64,000 nt of DNA, taken from contig OZ244621.1 in NCBI GenBank assembly GCA_965218425.1, forward strand, positions 128,001-192,000, written 5' to 3'. The position numbers and the translations under genes are program-made. Every line of letters starts with the position of its first letter. Positions within the stretch are counted from its first letter, which is position 1. This document shows, in pieces, positions 42,246 through 52,694 of the stretch. The DNA comes from an uncultured Candidatus Binatia bacterium (GTDB lineage: Bacteria > Desulfobacterota > Binatia > UBA9968 > CAXXLF01). Below the pieces are notes generated by a model. It had not been told where the DNA came from. It saw only the letters and a program-made list of their open reading frames with translations, and searched no databases.

Positions 42246-42327
42246 GCGGCAATACTTTCAGAGTTCACCCCAAGTTAATACCTGCCCACGTGTTAACTAC
42301 AATTTTACCGGTGGATCGGAGGATCTG

Positions 42328-43491
42328 ATGAGAACGTTAAACCCAGGAAGCAGTTTAGGTTCCGTTATCCATAATACCCCTCGAGCAAACATGTCACTCC
42401 TTTTGAGGTTTCCCCTGGTAGTGCTCCTTTTTGTTGTATTTCATGCCGGGGGAGCTGCAAAATCTGGCGCACAACAGGACTGGCAGGCAATTGTAGAGGG
42501 AGCAAAGAAGGAAGGAAAAATTGTCATCATGGGCCCACCCGGGGCCAACAGCCGGAACGCTCTTACTCGCGGCTTCAGGAAGGCCTACGGCATTAAAGTC
42601 GTGTACGAAGGCGCTTTTGGCTCGAGACATGCAGCCAAGCTTCATGCCGAGCGCGGTGGCAGGAAATACCGCGTGGATATTCATGTCGGAGGTCCAACGA
42701 CACCTACGGTAGATTTTCTGCCCACTGGTGTAATTGATCCCATTCACGCTTATTTGGTTGGACCAGAATCGAGTGATTTTTCCCAGTGGATGGGAGGCAA
42801 AGCAGCATTTGTCGATGAGACGGAGAGGTACATCTTGGTTTTCACTACCAAAGTTAACCAGCCTCTGGCGTACAATCCCCGCAAGACTTCCTTAAAGAAG
42901 ATACGGTCGTGGCGTGATTTTTTGGATCCAAGATGGAAAGGCAAAATCGTTATGCACGACCCCAGGATCTCGGGACCCGGCGCAGGAGTGGCCGCTTCGT
43001 GGTACACGGCTGAAAACCTAGGTGAAAAATTCATCCGCCAAATGCTCATCCAACAAAAGGTCACTTTTTCTCGACGGTCTCGGCAGGTTCTCGAGTGGAT
43101 CGTTCAGGGGAGGTTCCCTGTTGCGATAGCACCAAGCGATCTGCGCGCAACAGAGATGCAACGTCAGGGATTGCCCATTAAGCTTCGGGGAAGTGATACG
43201 CTGAAAGAAGGAGGCTGGCTGACTTCTGCCTTCGGAAACGTGATGGTCATCAACAGGGCCCCGCACCCGAACGCTGTAAAAATATACTTAAATTGGCTGC
43301 TATCGCGGGAAGGGCAAACCGCGTGGGTGAAAGGCACAAGTTATGTTAGCAGGCGACTCGATGTGACGCGGGAAGGACTGGTTGGTGTACCTCAAGAGGG
43401 TGTGAAATATGTCGAGAGGTATCACGAGAAATATCAACGCATAAGCGGCAAAATACGCTCGCTCACCAGAACCATCCTCCAACGCCGTTAA
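42328..43491 (+). CDS. Extracellular solute-binding protein
   Basis: RBS GGAGGA; AKKEG, LDPRWKGKI, APHPNAVKIYLNWLLS. Confidence 0.88.
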   Translation: MRTLNPGSSLGSVIHNTPRANMSLLLRFPLVVLLFVVFHAGGAAKSGAQQDWQAIVEGAKKEGKIVIMGPPGANSRNALTRGFRKAYGIKVVYEGAFGSRHAAKLHAERGGRKYRVDIHVGGPTTPTVDFLPTGVIDPIHAYLVGPESSDFSQWMGGKAAFVDETERYILVFTTKVNQPLAYNPRKTSLKKIRSWRDFLDPRWKGKIVMHDPRISGPGAGVAASWYTAENLGEKFIRQMLIQQKVTFSRRSRQVLEWIVQGRFPVAIAPSDLRATEMQRQGLPIKLRGSDTLKEGGWLTSAFGNVMVINRAPHPNAVKIYLNWLLSREGQTAWVKGTSYVSRRLDVTREGLVGVPQEGVKYVERYHEKYQRISGKIRSLTRTILQRR

Positions 43492-43548
43492 GGTTGAATG
43501 TGAAGCGTAACTGTGACGAATCGAAACTTTTGAACCCACATCCTCTCT

Positions 43549-45291
43549 TTGAGTCTCGTGGATAAAACTTCTGTTGCGACGAGACCTCTTCTCCATCGGT
43601 GGTCTGTCCCCCAGAGCGCGTCCACGGCATTGATGACTCTCTTGCTGGGCCTGGTCATCCTGTTAGTGATGACGCCTCTGGTAGTGATGTTTATTGGAAG
43701 CTTTCAGCTCGGGCGACCTGGACAGCCTTCTGTTTATGGCCTCGACGGCTGGTGGCAGGCATTCGCCGACCCGACGATTTTGAACACACTGGTAAATACT
43801 GTACTTCTCGCTGTGACTCGCCAGGCCTTTGCTCTCGTCTTGGGAGTAGCCTTTGCTTGGCTCATTGCAAGGACAGACCTGCCCTGGAATGGCGTTCTGG
43901 AATTTATGTTTTGGCTGTCTTTCTTTCTACCCTCATTGCCTATCGCCCTAGGATGGCTCCTTGTTTTTGATCCCTATTACGGCCTGGCTAACCGTCTGGT
44001 TGAGATGTTTCCGTTCATCGATGGGCCGCTTTTCAATCTGTATTCGTTTTGGGGGATTACCTTTGTCCACCTTACCGCATCTACGATCGGGGTAAAGGTG
44101 TTACTCTTGACGCCTGCCTTCCGTAATATGGATGCGTCTCTGGAGGATTCATCTCGGGTCCATGGAGCAAGTACTCTAATGACGGTTTTTCGAATCACGA
44201 TGCCGGTTATGGCCCCAGCGATTCTGGTTTCTACAATCCTGGGACTGATTCGATCGTTGGAAGCCTTCGAGATTGAGCTGCTGCTCGGCGTTCCCGTGGG
44301 CTTGCACGTCTACTCAACAAAGATTCATGAGCTTGTCACGTTCGAACCCCCTGAATTTGCACCTGCTAGCGCATTGGGGTCCATATTTCTATTTGTTTTG
44401 TTGATTTTGGTTGCCGTCCAGCGAGGCTACGTTGGAGGCAGGAGCTATCATACAGTACGGGGCCAAGGCTTCTCCACGAACAAAATCCAGTTAGGTCGCT
44501 GGCGGTACCCGATTTTTGCCTTTGTACTGCTTACAGCCATAACCACCACAGTGATCCCAGTAATCTTTTTGGTATTGGTGACCTTCATGAATTCTTTTGG
44601 CCACTTCGACATCCCGGAGCCGTGGACACTGGAAAATTGGCGTGGCGTGTTGGACGATCCTATTCTTGCCAGCTCCTTTACCAACACTTTACTGGTCGGC
44701 ACGGGTGCCGCACTTGTGGGAATCTTTTTTTATTCCTTGATCGCTTACGTGGTCGTAAAAAGCCGGTTTACCGGCCGCGGTGTACTCGATTTTGTCTCAT
44801 GGTTACCCTGGGCGATCCCGGGAATTTTGCTCAGTTTGGCGCTGCTATGGACGGTTTTTCAGACACATATCCTGACAGAACTTTACGGTACCCTATACCT
44901 GCTGGTCCTCGCTATGGTTATCAAGAGCATGCCAGTGGGGGTCCAGCTCACGCGGAGCGTTTTGCTTCAGCTGAGCAATGAACTCGAAGAGGCCTCCAGG
45001 ACGTGCGGTGCAAGTTGGACACAGACATACCGCCGCATTGTACTGCCCACTCTCTTTCCCACCCTGGTTGTCGTTGGGCTACTGATCTTCGTATCCGTGG
45101 CCCGAGATATTAGCACAGTGGTACTTCTGGGGACTGGTGCCTCGCGAACGGTTGCTTTGGTTGCCCTGGACTATACGTCCGAGGGTGCTTTAGAAAAAGG
45201 AGCAGTCGCAGCCCTAATTACAGTTGTTCTCGTAGTGTTGGCGGTACTTCCGGCGAGAATCTTTGGAGGTCGGATTGGAATTACCCGCTGA
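43549..45291 (+). CDS. FbpB-like fused ABC permease
   Basis: Two EAA loops (LEDSSRVHGA, LEEASRTCGA). Confidence 0.9.
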   Translation: MSLVDKTSVATRPLLHRWSVPQSASTALMTLLLGLVILLVMTPLVVMFIGSFQLGRPGQPSVYGLDGWWQAFADPTILNTLVNTVLLAVTRQAFALVLGVAFAWLIARTDLPWNGVLEFMFWLSFFLPSLPIALGWLLVFDPYYGLANRLVEMFPFIDGPLFNLYSFWGITFVHLTASTIGVKVLLLTPAFRNMDASLEDSSRVHGASTLMTVFRITMPVMAPAILVSTILGLIRSLEAFEIELLLGVPVGLHVYSTKIHELVTFEPPEFAPASALGSIFLFVLLILVAVQRGYVGGRSYHTVRGQGFSTNKIQLGRWRYPIFAFVLLTAITTTVIPVIFLVLVTFMNSFGHFDIPEPWTLENWRGVLDDPILASSFTNTLLVGTGAALVGIFFYSLIAYVVVKSRFTGRGVLDFVSWLPWAIPGILLSLALLWTVFQTHILTELYGTLYLLVLAMVIKSMPVGVQLTRSVLLQLSNELEEASRTCGASWTQTYRRIVLPTLFPTLVVVGLLIFVSVARDISTVVLLGTGASRTVALVALDYTSEGALEKGAVAALITVVLVVLAVLPARIFGGRIGITR

Positions 45292-45338
45292 TTGATCTAA
45301 ACAGCCGCGAATAGTCCAAGGTACATTAAGAAGGGCCA

Positions 45339-46490
45339 ATGAAAATGTCGTATCGGATTATTTCTTCAGATTCGCATCTGGAAATCTCCCCGGAACGGTG
45401 GTCAAACCGTGTTCCAAAAAGTTACCGCGATCGAGCACCTCGTTTGGTGAAACTCGCAAATGGCGGTGACGCAATTGTGGTAGAGAACCGGCCACTAAAC
45501 GTAGTGGGCCTTGCGGTTACCGGGAAAGGCTACCAGGAATTTTTACCGACCGGAGTGAGCTACGAAGGGAACATTGGCACCGGTAGTCCTGAACAGCGTT
45601 TGCGGGAACAAGACACCGATGGGGTTGACGCGGAAGTGCTTTTCACGGGCCCGGGCACTGTCCTGTTTTTGCGCGGCATCGCTGACGATGGAGCGCTCAA
45701 TGCGGTCATTCATGCCTACAACGAGTTCTTAGCCGAGGAGTACTGCGCCGAGTCCCGGGACCGACTTCTCGCCATGGGGGTTATTCCGCCCACCTGCGTA
45801 GACGATGCTGTCAAAGAAATGGAGTACTGCGCCCGCGCAGGCTTGAAGGGAGTCATGCTTGCGACGTTTCCTAGTGGCCGAGGAGTGCCGAGCGTCGAAG
45901 ATAATCGGTTTTGGGACGCGGCGGTGAACCTAAACATACCGCTCACAGTCCACGTGAGACTCCTGCGAAATGAACCTTACGCTTTTATGTATAAGCGGAA
46001 ACCGTCCGAAGCAGAAACTTTCGCTACCGACCCGGTCTTTAATCTGACGCGATTTGCAGGCGAAACGGCTCTGAATGCTGTGCAGTTGATTTTGGCGGGG
46101 GTATTCGACCGCTTCCCGAGTCTCAAAATCTACTGGGCGGAAACCATGATCGGTTGGCTTCCGTACTTTCTCATGCAGCTCGACGATAACTACGAACGGA
46201 CACGGTACTGGGCAGAACGTTTCTACGGATTGGAACCGCCGCCGCGACCGCTAAGCGAATACATTCGACAGCATTGCTGGTGGGGTTTTCTTAAAGATCC
46301 CTTTGGTGTCGAGATGCGCCACCGCGTAGGAGTCGAGCATGTTATGTGGGGCAGCGATTTCCCCCATTCTGCGGGTAACTGGCCGCATTCTCGTAAGCTT
46401 ATCGAGGAAATGTTCGCCGGTGTCCCCGAGGAGGAGCGCCACCGGATGTTAGTAGGCAACTCCGTTGAATTTTTTCATCTCGAGAACTAA
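45339..46490 (+). CDS. Amidohydrolase_2 family
   Basis: SSDSH, DGVDAEV, H, GWLP, WGSDFPH. Confidence 0.92.
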   Translation: MKMSYRIISSDSHLEISPERWSNRVPKSYRDRAPRLVKLANGGDAIVVENRPLNVVGLAVTGKGYQEFLPTGVSYEGNIGTGSPEQRLREQDTDGVDAEVLFTGPGTVLFLRGIADDGALNAVIHAYNEFLAEEYCAESRDRLLAMGVIPPTCVDDAVKEMEYCARAGLKGVMLATFPSGRGVPSVEDNRFWDAAVNLNIPLTVHVRLLRNEPYAFMYKRKPSEAETFATDPVFNLTRFAGETALNAVQLILAGVFDRFPSLKIYWAETMIGWLPYFLMQLDDNYERTRYWAERFYGLEPPPRPLSEYIRQHCWWGFLKDPFGVEMRHRVGVEHVMWGSDFPHSAGNWPHSRKLIEEMFAGVPEEERHRMLVGNSVEFFHLEN

Positions 46491-46684
46491 CCTCCTGACC
46501 GCTGCTCCGATAACATTGATCACCAACAAACAGATGCCGTAATCTTTTTCCCTGTCCAGCTCAGGCGAATTCTCCAATTGAGATCCGGACTTATCCAGAC
46601 TAGGATGTGTTGACAGAAGTTTCGAATTGGTATTGGTATAGGAGAGGCTGATTTTTTCGCATACCGATTAGGAGAGAGAGCGTT

Positions 46685-47542
46685 ATGTCTAGCTCTTCTG
46701 TTTCAAGAAATTCAGGAGTTAGAGAAAGAAAAGGTAAAAACAGCAGCGTGGTTCCGCGCCGCTACTCCTCAGCGGAAGCACAGAAGATCGTTGATGAAGC
46801 TTGGGAATTTGCATTAAAGGACGCCTTCAAGCGTATCTGGGAACATCCTTTCACGCGCGAACTTGAGGCGGGTACACTCCCCATCGAGATTGTCCGTGGA
46901 TTCATATGCAACTGGTACACTGCTGCGCAAGAGATCAACGCCGCCAGTGCGTTCGGATTCTTTTTCAACCGCCAACTTTACAATCAGATACCAGACCTTG
47001 AGGAAATTCGAGCCGAGGGAACGGCAGATGAGTTCTCCGCACCTGGACCAGGTGGACACCAGCGGACCATCGAAGCCGTTGCCAAAGCCCTGGGGATAAG
47101 CCGCGAGGAACTCATTAACTACCATCTCATTCCAGAGGCACGGGCATACTTAGACAACCTGGTATGCATTTTGGCAGAGCCCGGCAGAGGTGGGGGTATT
47201 AACGTTAACGAGGAGAGGCTTTCTGAGTGGTTCAAGATATGGAGCCGAAGCTTAGTTGAGCATTACGGCCTCACTCAAACCGATGTCTACTATTTCACTA
47301 TGCATAGCGAGGCTGATTCTCGCGGTGAGCATTTTGGGGGACCCGTGATTGGTGAGGATGTCTTAGGCCACGCGGATAGAAACCGATATATTGCAAGACG
47401 AATGCTGGAGGAAGGATTAGGACCACCAGACCCATTGCGGGTATGGAATCAAATTGCGAAGTCGGGGACAAACATGTTTCTGTTGTTACTCGATGGCTGC
47501 TATGAGCGCTATCATCCGAAGCTTATGAACAGACAAACATGA
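46685..47542 (+). CDS. Heme-oxygenase-like diiron (PqqC/CADD/TenA-fold) enzyme
   Basis: HPF..L..G.L, DEF..GGH, NEE, YFTMHSEAD..H. Confidence 0.75.
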   Translation: MSSSSVSRNSGVRERKGKNSSVVPRRYSSAEAQKIVDEAWEFALKDAFKRIWEHPFTRELEAGTLPIEIVRGFICNWYTAAQEINAASAFGFFFNRQLYNQIPDLEEIRAEGTADEFSAPGPGGHQRTIEAVAKALGISREELINYHLIPEARAYLDNLVCILAEPGRGGGINVNEERLSEWFKIWSRSLVEHYGLTQTDVYYFTMHSEADSRGEHFGGPVIGEDVLGHADRNRYIARRMLEEGLGPPDPLRVWNQIAKSGTNMFLLLLDGCYERYHPKLMNRQT

Positions 47543-47634
47543 ATTGACTCGTCGTCCTGGTTCCTCGGGTTAAAGATTTTTTAAACTTAAGCGAGTAATC
47601 TCCCACATACGATAGAATCTAACCGCTAGGTCCG

Positions 47635-48402
47635 ATGGCAGAGTTTGCTACTACATCGATCTCTGTAACCGAAGAGGAAGCTCAGAAATGGGCAGAAGAG
47701 TGGGTAAACCACTGGAGCGAACTGGCCCAGGAGATTATCCATTCTCACCCGTTCATGACGAAGCTTCAAAAGGACCAACTGACCTTGGCAGGAGTGCAAC
47801 AGTTTACAGAGAACTGGTACCATTGGGTACGGGCCATGGGGATGAGCGGAGCCGGCCTATACCATCGCCACTTGACCGTGTTCAAACACCATCCAGACCT
47901 TGATGCTCACGTCCTGGACCGGATTGCCCAGGAGCTTGTACGACCAGTCAAGGCCGGACATGGACGCGCACTCGAGGCCCTGTTCCCAAGCTTGCGAATC
48001 CACAACCTCCAGAGGCAGATACCGAATCTGATTCCTGAGATGAGAGGGCTAATTGCCTTTGTACGACGTTTGCACCTGGAAGGCACATTCGCAGAGGTTC
48101 ATTCCTGCCAATACGGACCGAATATTGCTCCTTTCGCAAAGATCTGGGTGGAGGCCCTAAGTAAGCATTACGGGGTCCCCTCAAACGCGACCCTTTATTG
48201 GCGGGATTACTGCGATTATGACACCCGACCGGCGGGCGGCGGGATCCTGGGAACGCGCGAGGAAAACCTGTTTGTTTTACGCAGGATTAAAGAACTGGGG
48301 TTACTAGAAGAACGACCGGGCTGGGGGATGATATACACGGCTGAGATGAGTCTACGTATGTGGGAGCTGTTTCTGAACGGCTGTCATAAAACGTTCAGCT
48401 AA
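47635..48402 (+). CDS. Heme-oxygenase-like fold paralog with degenerate metal ligands
   Basis: HPF..L, NWY, QEL..GH, LIPE shared with the upstream gene; YWRDYCDYD replaces YFTMHSEAD. Confidence 0.65.
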   Translation: MAEFATTSISVTEEEAQKWAEEWVNHWSELAQEIIHSHPFMTKLQKDQLTLAGVQQFTENWYHWVRAMGMSGAGLYHRHLTVFKHHPDLDAHVLDRIAQELVRPVKAGHGRALEALFPSLRIHNLQRQIPNLIPEMRGLIAFVRRLHLEGTFAEVHSCQYGPNIAPFAKIWVEALSKHYGVPSNATLYWRDYCDYDTRPAGGGILGTREENLFVLRRIKELGLLEERPGWGMIYTAEMSLRMWELFLNGCHKTFS

Positions 48403-48419
48403 CCGCCAAGAGGGAACTA

Positions 48420-49508
48420 TTGATCCTCGTATAATATAATGACATCAGAAAAGGCTGGACTGTTTCCAGAAGGCGGTAACGAGACGAGGCCTGCGGCGCA
48501 TTCGGCAAAGGGCGCGACGAGCATGGTGGCTGAGTTGAGCGAAGTCCTTGGCACAGAAGTTGGGCAGTTCATGATGCTTCCAGTATCCCCAGAGGTATTC
48601 GACGGGATTCAGTTCCGGTGCATAGGCCGGCAACCGTTCCAGCACCAACGCGCCTTCGGTAGCGGCAACAAAGTCCCGAACCAACCGGCTCTGGTGGCTG
48701 GGCAGTCCGTCCCACACTACCAGCAGCGGCCCGGAAACATGACGCATCAAGTGCTTCAGGAATTCGATGATCTGGGGGCTCTTGATGGCTCCCGGATACA
48801 CTCGAAAGTACAAGCGCCACCAGGTGACTCCGGCGATGGCCGACAGACTCTTCCAGTTGAAGTGATATTGCAGCACTGGCGTCTGTCCTCGGGGCGACCA
48901 CGTACGATACCGATTCGGCCGCTCGCTCAGCCCGCTTTCGTCCACGAACACTATGGTTCGCCCCTCGTTTCGGGCTTTTTTTTAATCTCCGGCCAGCGCT
49001 TCTTCTTCCACTGCCGGATCGCCTCTTCATCTCGTTCCAAGGCACGTCCCGTCGGCCGCTGGCAACTCCACCCCAACTGCCGCAATATCCGCCAAACATG
49101 GCCCGGATGGTATGTGACTCCGCAGGCTTCCCCAATCAAGTGGGCCACTCGCCTTGCGGTCCACAGGCTCGTGTCGTACCCCAGCGCTTCGGGTCCCCGT
49201 TTCAAACCGCCCTCGATCTTCTTCAGATCCGCCGGGCTCAGTCGCGGCTTGCGTCCGGCACGCCCCGCCTGCTTGAGCCCGGCTCTGCCGCTCTCGGCCA
49301 ACTGCCGCGCCCATCGATTCACCGACTGGCGGTGCGCTCCCACCCAACGCGCCACCTCCGCCTCCGACAGCCCTCGCTTCAACAGCCTCCCCGCCTCCAT
49401 CCGCCGCCGCTCCAATGCTTCAAAGTCCCGTCGCACTCCAAGTGGGTTTCCCATACCACCACTATACATTAGTTCTTATCCAATGTTACTATATTATGCG
49501 GTTCTCAA
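48420..49508 (-). mobile_element. IS630-family element, copy 2 (1089 bp)
   Basis: Near-identical to copy 1, same orientation; TA at 48418-19 and 49509-10; A8 frameshift at 48976-48983. Confidence 0.93.
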
Positions 49509-49664
49509 TAGTGCCGGTGCCCGACCTCTGCTGGGTCACATCCGTCCATTGTCTTTCTGATACCAAAATTGCCGCCTAAAAGCTGAAATTGGTCTTTATC
49601 GAAATATTCAGTACTTATTCCAGTGTTTGCCTTGATCCAACCCCGCGCGCCTTTTTAGGGGACG

Positions 49665-50717
49665 TCAGAGCCCGTACAGAGCTTTTGGGTTATTCTCGAG
49701 GATTTTGTTAATCGACTCGCCAGCGATTTTACCATCTGCTTTTATTTTCCTCAGCGCGTTGAGTTCCGTGGCGGTATCGTCGTGCCCATAATCAGTTCCC
49801 ACGACGAGATTATCGTCTCCTACGTGCTCCAAAATATAGGGAAGGTCATCACTAGTTTGGCAGGCCACGTAGATACGGTTCTCCTTGAGGAATTCCGTGC
49901 CGGGCCAAGCCTTACCTCGCTTTCGGTAGCCGATCTCTAAGTGGTTCATCACGTAGGGGACCCACTCGGCACTGACCTCGAAAAAGGCCCAGCCCAAGTC
50001 TGGGAACTTGTTCGGCAAGCCGGCGAGGAGGACGCTGCCAAAGAAGTTGATGGGACCGAACTTGAACTGGCCTAGGCTAGATCCCCGGCCAAGGATGTCG
50101 ACCATGTCCAGGTTCCCTTGTGAGGCATGGACACAGATCGGCATCCCTAACCTACTTGCTTCTTCGTATAAAGGGAAGAAGTATGGGTCTGTTGGAAGCT
50201 TGTCTCCTTCGAGTCCTCGGATGAAGACGCCACAGGCTCCGTTCTTCTTGCCAACGTTTAATTCCTCGATGGACTTGTCAATGTAGTGAAGGGGGGGCAT
50301 CAGCACCCAGCGCAGGCGACCCTTGCCCGCTTTCCAAATATCGGCAAGCCAGCGGTTGTAGCTCATGCATAGAGCAGTGTCCACGTGGGGCAAGGAAGTG
50401 AGGGTTCGCAGAAAAAGGCTGGGATAGAGGACTTGAATTTCTACTCTTAGCTGGTCCATATGGGCTAGACGGGCTTGGACATCTTGCATCTCACGCGTTT
50501 CTGTCGCTGTGTCAAAACCGATGTTTGCGTCCTTACCGAAAACGCGCCCCCCGATCATCCAATACTCACTCGGGGAGAACCTAGTTAAAGACCTCTCTCG
50601 CTGCACTTCTTCTTTAAACACCATAACACGGGGCGCAAAAGCCCTCTCACTTTCACCCATGTATTCCCAGGTCCGTTCCCATTCGACTACGTGTGCGTCA
50701 GCATCAATGATTGCCAT
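49665..50717 (-). CDS. Amidohydrolase_2 family
   Basis: IDADAH, QVLYPS, YNRW, GTDYGH. Confidence 0.9.
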   Translation of the reverse strand: MAIIDADAHVVEWERTWEYMGESERAFAPRVMVFKEEVQRERSLTRFSPSEYWMIGGRVFGKDANIGFDTATETREMQDVQARLAHMDQLRVEIQVLYPSLFLRTLTSLPHVDTALCMSYNRWLADIWKAGKGRLRWVLMPPLHYIDKSIEELNVGKKNGACGVFIRGLEGDKLPTDPYFFPLYEEASRLGMPICVHASQGNLDMVDILGRGSSLGQFKFGPINFFGSVLLAGLPNKFPDLGWAFFEVSAEWVPYVMNHLEIGYRKRGKAWPGTEFLKENRIYVACQTSDDLPYILEHVGDDNLVVGTDYGHDDTATELNALRKIKADGKIAGESINKILENNPKALYGL

Positions 50718-50813
50718 CGCCTCACCCTACCTTTCCCGTATCTTTGCACACAACATGTTAAATCTAATTAGTACCCACGCTAATGCGATTCCGGTGAAAA
50801 GTCTGCTAACATT

Positions 50814-52370
50814 TCATCGATCTAGCCATGTACGGCTCAACCCGCCGCCGAACCACTCGTAGGTGCCTTCGCGTATGCTTGTGAAGCCTTTCACATTATC
50901 GCGCATGCCGTAGTACCGATTAATAGCTGCGAAATAAATCGTTGGTACATCTTCCGTAAACTTGGTTAAGATTTGCTTAAAAAGCTCCCGCCGAGTCGAA
51001 GGATCCATTTCTCGCTCTGCCTTTTTGATAAGCGCATCCATGTCCGGGTCGCAATAACCCGTGAGGTTATTGATCCGCCGCTTCAGGTTGCGCTCACATG
51101 CAAGCTCCCTGCCGTAGGTATCTGATGGGTCAAAGTAGGTGCCCGAAGCACCAACCCGAAAGCTAAAATCTCCTTGGCGAGCGCTTTGTCTAGAGGCTCC
51201 CGACTCGAGCGGATTGACTTTCACTTTGATCCCAACCCGCTTGAGCTGAGCTTGTATGGTGGAAGCTAAAGACTGATTCACACTTGAATTTCCAGTAGCA
51301 AGTTCGATAATTTCACCATTATAAGTAGAATCCTTAAGAAACGCCTTCGCCTTGTTCATGTCATGCAACACAGATGGAATCTCATCGAAATACCACACAT
51401 CTCCCTTTCGGTATTTTTGCAGGGTCGGCTGACCAAGGCCAAAGAAGCTGGCCTGAATCAGCTCCTTCCGGTCAAGCGCGTGGGCTACAGCCTGGCGCAG
51501 CTTTTTATCGTTAAAAGGTGGTTGGGTTGTATTGAATTGGACTCTGTAGCGGACCGTGTCTCGCATTTCGAGGTACCTTAAACCCTTTACCTTACCTTTC
51601 ATAAGACGATGGACCCATTGGCTGGGAACTCGAACTATCAGGTCGACATCCCCGGAACGTAAAGCAACAAACCGTACAGTGGAATCCGGGATAGGACGGA
51701 TTATGACTTTGTCCAAATACGCTTTGCCACGCCAATAGTCCTCATTTCTTGCTACCACAAGTTTTTGATTCGATCGCCACTCGACGAATCTGAAGGCTCC
51801 AGTACCTGGTGGGAATGTGGCAGGTTTTCTTTTCCCCTCAGTGAGCGACTCTTTTGGAATAACAGAAAATGACTGGATGGTGGCAAGCGTAGGAATAAAC
51901 GCAGGAGTTGGAGCCTTGAGTGTGATCCGTAATGTATACTTTCCGGCGACCTCTATTCGATCTACCAGACGTAACCTTGTCCGACCAGAAGCTCCATTCT
52001 TGGGGTTCAGCGTGTAGTCCATGGCGAATTTTACATCTTCTGCTGTCATCTCTTGGCCGTTATGAAACTTGACGCCTTCGCGTAATTGGAAGGTGTATGT
52101 CTTCCCATCACCAGAAATGCGCCATGACTCTGCGAGATATGGCTGAATTTTCCCCCGTTCGTCTACTTCTAAAAGGGACTCAAACATGAGCCGGCGGACC
52201 CACTCGTTATGCGAAGAGGTCCTAACCAATGGATTCATGGTTGATATATCTCTGTGGGTGGCGAATGTCAGGGTGCCGCCGTATTTGGGATTTGCGTTGT
52301 CTGCGTTGGTGAAAAACGGAGTTGCAATTACCAGAGCAAACGAAAAAAGGATTGACAAAAAGTAGATCAT
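50814..52370 (-). CDS. Peptide/nickel ABC substrate-binding protein (family 5), orphan
   Basis: Signal peptide, LAESW, LREGVKFHNG, GTGAF, LRQAVAHALD. Confidence 0.92.
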   Translation of the reverse strand: MIYFLSILFSFALVIATPFFTNADNANPKYGGTLTFATHRDISTMNPLVRTSSHNEWVRRLMFESLLEVDERGKIQPYLAESWRISGDGKTYTFQLREGVKFHNGQEMTAEDVKFAMDYTLNPKNGASGRTRLRLVDRIEVAGKYTLRITLKAPTPAFIPTLATIQSFSVIPKESLTEGKRKPATFPPGTGAFRFVEWRSNQKLVVARNEDYWRGKAYLDKVIIRPIPDSTVRFVALRSGDVDLIVRVPSQWVHRLMKGKVKGLRYLEMRDTVRYRVQFNTTQPPFNDKKLRQAVAHALDRKELIQASFFGLGQPTLQKYRKGDVWYFDEIPSVLHDMNKAKAFLKDSTYNGEIIELATGNSSVNQSLASTIQAQLKRVGIKVKVNPLESGASRQSARQGDFSFRVGASGTYFDPSDTYGRELACERNLKRRINNLTGYCDPDMDALIKKAEREMDPSTRRELFKQILTKFTEDVPTIYFAAINRYYGMRDNVKGFTSIREGTYEWFGGGLSRTWLDR

Positions 52371-52400
52371 TGTATGCCCTCCTCTGTCTGCATTAGCCGG

Positions 52401-52429
52401 GAAATACGCTTCTCAACATTCTATGTCAA
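52401..52429 (-). promoter_or_regulatory. Putative sigma70 promoter of the SBP gene
   Basis: TTGACA-17nt-TATTTC. Confidence 0.45.
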
Positions 52430-52445
52430 CATAATTACATAAACT

Positions 52446-52485
52446 AAAAAAGGCACCGGCGGCGTGATGCCTTGTCCCGGTGCCT
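52446..52485 (-). terminator. Rho-independent terminator
   Basis: aggcaccgg / ccggtgcct stem ending in a T-run on the minus strand. Confidence 0.6.
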
Positions 52486-52559
52486 GATCCTTCTGTATTG
52501 CCTCCATTAAATATATGTAAACCGCTGAATATAGGAGTATTTCTATAACCCCTTAGTCC
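52446..52559 (-). ncRNA. Candidate ~115-nt small RNA
   Basis: TTGACA(52590-95)-18nt-TAAGCT(52566-71) upstream and a terminator downstream. Confidence 0.3.
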
Positions 52560-52694
52560 GGCAAGAGCTTATTCCCAACATAGCCGACTTGTCAATAAGG
52601 GCTAATTGTCCGACTGAGCTAAGGGCGTCTTTTGGGCGTGAATAATATGAAGGGACGCTACTCCTGGCCGGGATGACCAGTCACAATTCGGCGA

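Noticed and set aside
37697..49560. Plus-strand ORFs inside the IS630 copies; split transposase as pseudogene
   Set aside because: The plus-strand ORFs are antisense shadows; the split sits at the same A8 site in both copies, typical of programmed frameshifting
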